This document shows, piece by piece, positions 59,427-64,000 of a DNA stretch of 64,000 bases; the first letter of the stretch is position 1, and every line of letters begins with the position of its first letter. The stretch comes from Nitrosarchaeum sp. (GTDB lineage: Archaea > Thermoproteota > Nitrososphaeria > Nitrososphaerales > Nitrosopumilaceae): assembly GCA_965223865.1 (NCBI GenBank), contig OZ245020.1, forward strand, positions 64,001-128,000, read 5' to 3'. The position numbers were made by a program, and so were the translations under genes. A model generated the notes under the pieces. It saw only the letters and a list, made by a program, of their open reading frames with translations, was not told the origin of the DNA and did no database searches.

Positions 59427-60719
59427 CTAGAAATCGACTCTAAAACTATTGTCCAAATTTGTTGATTTGATCATGGCATATTTTTTTAGTTTCATCAGAT
59501 CCTGTTTTTTCATGTATTTCGATGATTCGTCAACGATGTTATTCATGATCTCTATTCCTTCTTTGGCGCCTTTAGACAGTCCCAACCTGTACAGTAATGG
59601 CAGTTTGGCCATAGAGTTATGATGATTTGAATTATTTTTTACTTCTTTTGTGGTAAACTTTTGAACAATCATGCTTAGATATTTTTCTAAATTATCTGTC
59701 ATATCTCTTTCTAGCTTTGTATTTTTTTCTTTTAATGCCAATGCAAGAATCCCTTTAATCTTTAACAGGGCTTGATTGGTTTCTACCTTGTCTAGCTTCT
59801 TAGGGGGTATTTTTATCTCAAAAATTTTTTCAGTTGTAGTTGCAATATACTCTATGGCCTCTTTTCTGCAAGATGCCTTTGTTTGTCCAAAAGGACAGTT
59901 GTCACAATTTGTGGTGTGATACCTGATTCCACTATCTCCAAAACTAGAATGAACAATCTTGTTTTTATTTCGTAATTTCTTCATTATTCTAGAAACAGTT
60001 CCCTCATCCAGAGATAGCAGTTGGGATATTTCGGTATTAGAATAAGAGCCATCATCAATTAGCTTCAATACGTCTTCTTCCAGCTCTCCTGGAGAACGTC
60101 TGTACATCTCTTCAATGGCATCAGCCAAGTGATGACCGATGTATTTCTTGTCAATATGGTTGATGGTCAGTCTTGAATTTTCAAATGATGCATCAAACCC
60201 TGACTTTATTTCTTCCTTTATGATTTTTTTTAACGTTTTCTCCAAGTTAGGTATTTTGAATCCCTCTAACTGTTTTTTGATATCTGCTAATGATATTGTT
60301 TTTTTCCCAGAGCTGAATAGGTGATACAATGACCAACGTATCTGACGCTCATCGCTTCGTTCAATTAACCGCAATAGATCACAGATTTCTTCAATTTTGC
60401 TCCATTTGACATCCAGCAAGACATCAGACTCATCAATTAACACATTCACATTGCGTAATTTTTTTGTAAATTTATTTAATTTCTTCTTGATTTGGCTGTT
60501 CGAATAATCTGTTTTTTGTTTTAATTTTGATGATTTAATTCGTTCCAGGTATTTATCAACCAGCTGGTCTTTTTCTATAATGTGCTCATTTCTTAAATCA
60601 TCTGTATCATATTTTAGCATCTCAAAAAAATCCATCGATTCTCCAAGAATTGAAGACGGCTCAAAGGTTCTTAGTACAGCTAAATTTGTTACAGACAACC
60701 CCATGTCTTTATATATCAA
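59427..60719 (-). CDS. Hypothetical protein with a central wHTH and a CxxC..C motif
   Basis: YSNTEISQLLSLDEGTVSRIMKKL; NCDNCPFG..SC. Confidence 0.75.
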   Translation of the reverse strand: MIYKDMGLSVTNLAVLRTFEPSSILGESMDFFEMLKYDTDDLRNEHIIEKDQLVDKYLERIKSSKLKQKTDYSNSQIKKKLNKFTKKLRNVNVLIDESDVLLDVKWSKIEEICDLLRLIERSDERQIRWSLYHLFSSGKKTISLADIKKQLEGFKIPNLEKTLKKIIKEEIKSGFDASFENSRLTINHIDKKYIGHHLADAIEEMYRRSPGELEEDVLKLIDDGSYSNTEISQLLSLDEGTVSRIMKKLRNKNKIVHSSFGDSGIRYHTTNCDNCPFGQTKASCRKEAIEYIATTTEKIFEIKIPPKKLDKVETNQALLKIKGILALALKEKNTKLERDMTDNLEKYLSMIVQKFTTKEVKNNSNHHNSMAKLPLLYRLGLSKGAKEGIEIMNNIVDESSKYMKKQDLMKLKKYAMIKSTNLDNSFRVDF

Positions 60720-60984
60720 TTTGATTATTTATGCGTATCAGTTCAACTAGTTGGTAAAATTGAAATTTTATTCATGTGATTAATTAGAATCTATTTTTAT
60801 TCAATTATTTCTGATGATGTTCAATCAGGTTAATTTGTGAGTAAGTTAAATTCCATATGGCCACAAAAATTTTGAATGTCAACAATTGCGGTTACAAAAA
60901 TACAGAAAAATTTTTCTTTCATTACAATATCTGAATGTATTCCAAATGACAATTATGGGTTAAAGATCAAACAGGAGTCATGGA

Positions 60985-61935
60985 TTGAATAAACTTCCAG
61001 TTTTTGTTTTTTTCACTTTAGGTTTTATTTTACTAAATTCGTTTATTTTGCCTAATAGTTTTGCCCAATCTGAATTTTCTACAGACTTTTTGTATGAACC
61101 AGGAATTGATGCAATTACTGCATTTGCTACTACGGTTGCAGAATCTGCCCCGAAAATTATTGCAGCAGTAATATTGTTGATTATTGGTCTAATTGCAGGC
61201 AAAGTAATTGGAAAAGTAATTGAAAAATCTGCATCAAAGATACTAAAACAAGTTAACAAAAATGATAATGACAATGGAGATGCGATAACAAAAACCACAT
61301 CATCAAAAGATTCTTCAAAACTAATTGCTGCAAGTGTGCGATGGTTTGTTTATCTGTTCTTTATCATTGCTGCAATAAATGCACTCGAGTTTGAACAGCT
61401 CTCTTCAGCATTAACTAACTTGTGGGTTTGGGTACCAAATCTTCTTGCATTCATACTAATTGTGATAGTGGGATTAATTATTGTCAATTTTATTGGAAAA
61501 TGGCTTGATCAAGAACTAATCAAAAAAGAATTTGGTGGCTCTAAATATGTCATCATAGGCGTCAAGGTAATCATTTATGCCATTATCTTCTCAATTGCTC
61601 TTACACAGTTAGGCATTGGAGACACAATTATTCCAATTCTGGTATCTGCATTCTCCTGGAGTGTGGCAATAGGAATTGGTGCAGCAATTGCAATAGGCCT
61701 GGGATTTGCACTAAAAGACGTACTTCCCGCAGCAATCAATACTGCCACAAAACAAAAATCTGTGCTAAAGGTGGGCCAAAAGGTAACAATAGGTGAGAAT
61801 ACAGGAACATTGGCTGCAGTGGAATTGCTACATCTTATCTTGGTTACAGAGGATAACAAAAGCATAGTTATTCCAACTAAAACGCTTGAAGATAACACCA
61901 TCACTATACTGGGAGACATTGCTAAAAATGACTAG
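60985..61935 (+). CDS. MscS-like / TM-helix-repeat mechanosensitive channel
   Basis: PKIIAA / PNLLAF TM repeats; GLGFALKD; KVGQKVTIG..G. Confidence 0.85.
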   Translation: MNKLPVFVFFTLGFILLNSFILPNSFAQSEFSTDFLYEPGIDAITAFATTVAESAPKIIAAVILLIIGLIAGKVIGKVIEKSASKILKQVNKNDNDNGDAITKTTSSKDSSKLIAASVRWFVYLFFIIAAINALEFEQLSSALTNLWVWVPNLLAFILIVIVGLIIVNFIGKWLDQELIKKEFGGSKYVIIGVKVIIYAIIFSIALTQLGIGDTIIPILVSAFSWSVAIGIGAAIAIGLGFALKDVLPAAINTATKQKSVLKVGQKVTIGENTGTLAAVELLHLILVTEDNKSIVIPTKTLEDNTITILGDIAKND

Positions 61936-62047
61936 AACAAATTCAATTATTTCTAAAATCAACAAAGAGAAGATAATCATCTATCCTTGGCCTGAAAAAG
62001 AAGGCGAACTTGCATTTCTAGTTGAAAACCTTGAGGAAATCGATTAG
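61928..62047 (+). CDS. Possible 39-aa small protein coupled to the mscS-like gene
   Basis: ATG overlaps the upstream 3' end; MTRTNSIISKINKEKIIIYPWPEKEGELAFLVENLEEID*. Confidence 0.3.
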   Translation: MTRTNSIISKINKEKIIIYPWPEKEGELAFLVENLEEID

Positions 62048-62246
62048 CAGCCTTGTTTCCAATAATCCACAAAAATAATTTCAGAATAGAAAAATTCTCA
62101 AATTTTCAGTATTTTGGAAGTCATGACAATGATTAATTTTCAATGTGTGTTTTCTGGTCATCAGAAAATCAATCTTCAAACCTATCATGATTCAACTTCT
62201 GACATTCTATGTACTCTATGCGGAAAGATGTGGAGGCGATATAGAG

Positions 62247-62684
62247 ATGAAGAATTTTAAAAATATTCTTGTAACTTATGTAAAGCCAACAAACAAGGAA
62301 ACTGCGTTTAACATGGGTCTGTCCTTGGCAAAATCCAACAGCTCCAAATTATCGGTTGTAGAATTTCTCTCTGCAGACCAGCCTGAACTTCTCTTCTTTA
62401 AGACAAAAAAGAACAAAGAAAAAGAGGAGAAGCAAAAGAGAATAGTGGAAGATGCCCTGAAGAAATTTGAGGAAAAAGCAAAACAAGAAAATATCAAGCT
62501 AAACACATCATTTCAGTCAACTGAAAACTTGGTGGACAGCATACTCCAATACGTTGAATCAAACAAGATAGATCTATTGATAGTTGATCATCCCCACATG
62601 TCTCATTCAGAGGAAACACACTACAACGACATGGTTAGTGCAATCCACGATGAGGTTCACTGCAATATGCTGACTCTAAAATAA
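62247..62684 (+). CDS. Universal stress protein (degenerate ATP motif)
   Basis: FKNILV, IDLLIV, C-terminal CNMLTLK; SD-like GGAGG upstream. Confidence 0.85.
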   Translation: MKNFKNILVTYVKPTNKETAFNMGLSLAKSNSSKLSVVEFLSADQPELLFFKTKKNKEKEEKQKRIVEDALKKFEEKAKQENIKLNTSFQSTENLVDSILQYVESNKIDLLIVDHPHMSHSEETHYNDMVSAIHDEVHCNMLTLK

Positions 62685-62766
62685 AAAAAGGTATGAAAAA
62701 TATGGTTTGAGGATGTTTTAAGTATGAATTTTGGAAATAGTCTAGTGAGCATTGGTAAGTGAAAAA

Positions 62767-63195
62767 ATGCAACACTATGATGTCAGAAAAATACTAGTGC
62801 CACTTGATGGTTCACAAAATTCCTTTAGAGGATTGAACAAGGCAATCTATTTTGCGAGGCAATGTGGCGCAACACTTACCGGATTGTATGTTAGCCAAAA
62901 GCCATCAAGATATGGATTTGACACAGTTGAGGATTTAGACTCGTTCAAAAGAAAACACATTGATACATTTATGGAAAAGGCAAAAAATATGGCTGGTAAA
63001 AACGGCGTAGATCTTAAGAGGAAGATAATCCACGGTTCTACTAAAAAGGATATTCTTAACTTTGCAAACAGATGGAACTATGATCTAATTGTAATTGGTT
63101 CCAAGGGTGCAGGCTCTACAGATGAATCATTTATTGGAAGTGTTACAAACCACATACTTCACACATCCAAGATTCCTGTTTTGGTTGTAAAATAA
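62767..63195 (+). CDS. Universal stress protein
   Basis: KILVPLDGS, DLIVIGSKG..FIGSV, IPVLVVK. Confidence 0.93.
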   Translation: MQHYDVRKILVPLDGSQNSFRGLNKAIYFARQCGATLTGLYVSQKPSRYGFDTVEDLDSFKRKHIDTFMEKAKNMAGKNGVDLKRKIIHGSTKKDILNFANRWNYDLIVIGSKGAGSTDESFIGSVTNHILHTSKIPVLVVK

Positions 63196-63630
63196 TAAGA
63201 TGAAATCATCTTCTTATCTTTGAACATGTCAAGATACAAGCACCCATAACACTTTCTATGATTGTTCTTAATTCAATCAACCATTCTTGTAAAAACAATT
63301 CATAATTTGTAATTATTAAACTTCTAATCATATGGCAATTACGATAACTAATACCGAAATTATTACATTTTTTGACATCTTAAGTCAAACCCTGAATGCC
63401 AGAATGGAGTCAACTCTTTTCTCTTTGTTATTTTCATTATTATTGGTCCTAGAGCAGGTATGCTCAAAAATAGCTTTTTACATTTTGTAGATTATCAATC
63501 TTGATTACCATAATTGAATCATTCAAACGACTTTTTGTGATTGTGTTATTGCAATACCATAACTCGCATATCAAAAATGAAAATCATAACGTCAGAATAA
63601 ATATTACAATACAGAAAATTAGAGATCTAA

Positions 63631-64000
63631 ATGTCACAACAGGTTGGAACCACTTCAGAAGGAGTTCCTGTAATTTTACTCAAGGAAGGAACTAAACAGT
63701 CACGTGGACGTGACGCCCAGAGAAACAACATAAGAGCTGCAAAACTAATTGCAGAAATTATTCAGACAAGCCTTGGTCCACGAGGAATGGACAAGATGCT
63801 GGTTGATTCTCTTGGTGATATAACAATCACAAATGATGGTGCAACCATACTAAAGGAAATCGATGTGCAGCATCCTGCAGCAAAGATGATGGTAGAAGTT
63901 GCAAAAGCCACAGACAGTGAGGTTGGTGATGGTACCACATCCGCAGTTGTCTTGGCGGGAGCCCTGCTTGAAAAGGCAGAATCTCTAATTGATGATGAAA
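63631..64000 (+). CDS. Thermosome (group II chaperonin) subunit; 3' end outside window, not in ORF track
   Basis: [37 protein letters not shown]. Confidence 0.96.
   Translation, partial: MSQQVGTTSEGVPVILLKEGTKQSRGRDAQRNNIRAAKLIAEIIQTSLGPRGMDKMLVDSLGDITITNDGATILKEIDVQHPAAKMMVEVAKATDSEVGDGTTSAVVLAGALLEKAESLIDDE

Noticed and set aside
63332-63695. Small ORFs upstream of and overlapping the thermosome start
   Set aside because: No motifs; 63501-63695 overlaps the real chaperonin gene out of frame

Overview
AT-rich chromosomal window from an ammonia-oxidising archaeon (Nitrosopumilus-like Nitrososphaerota; inferred from gene content and order). About 1-50.6 kb is mostly core genome. It holds an 11-subunit complex I operon (nuoABCDHIJKMLN, no nuoEFG), the acetyl-/propionyl-CoA carboxylase of the 3HP/4HB cycle, sdhACDB, argH, ilvE, pyrE, hisS, aIF6, Alba, GINS-MCM-Hel308, both RFC subunits, two FNR paralogs, two tandem Zfx-type ferredoxins and seven tRNAs (tRNA-Glu carries a 15-nt T-loop intron). 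From about 50.7 kb the window looks accessory: HTH proteins, a secreted thermonuclease, a regulator module with a repeated operator, a NikR-like regulator divergent from ZnuACB, a Cys-rich peptide, an MscS-like channel, two USPs and the start of a thermosome gene. The best leads are: (i) three apparent pseudo-enzymes (HemA-like without the catalytic Cys, LarA-like without the cofactor Lys/His, and a cryptic prenyltransferase-fold protein); (ii) six GATC sites in 97 bp at the divergent GINS/MCM-rfcS promoter; (iii) a NikR-variant/ZnuACB system with candidate operators, a repeat-expanded ZnuA and a nearby metallothionein-like ORF; (iv) a three-gene module sharing a TTATCA-N4-TGATAA palindrome. 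All calls were made by eye from the sequence and ORF track; no database searches were run.
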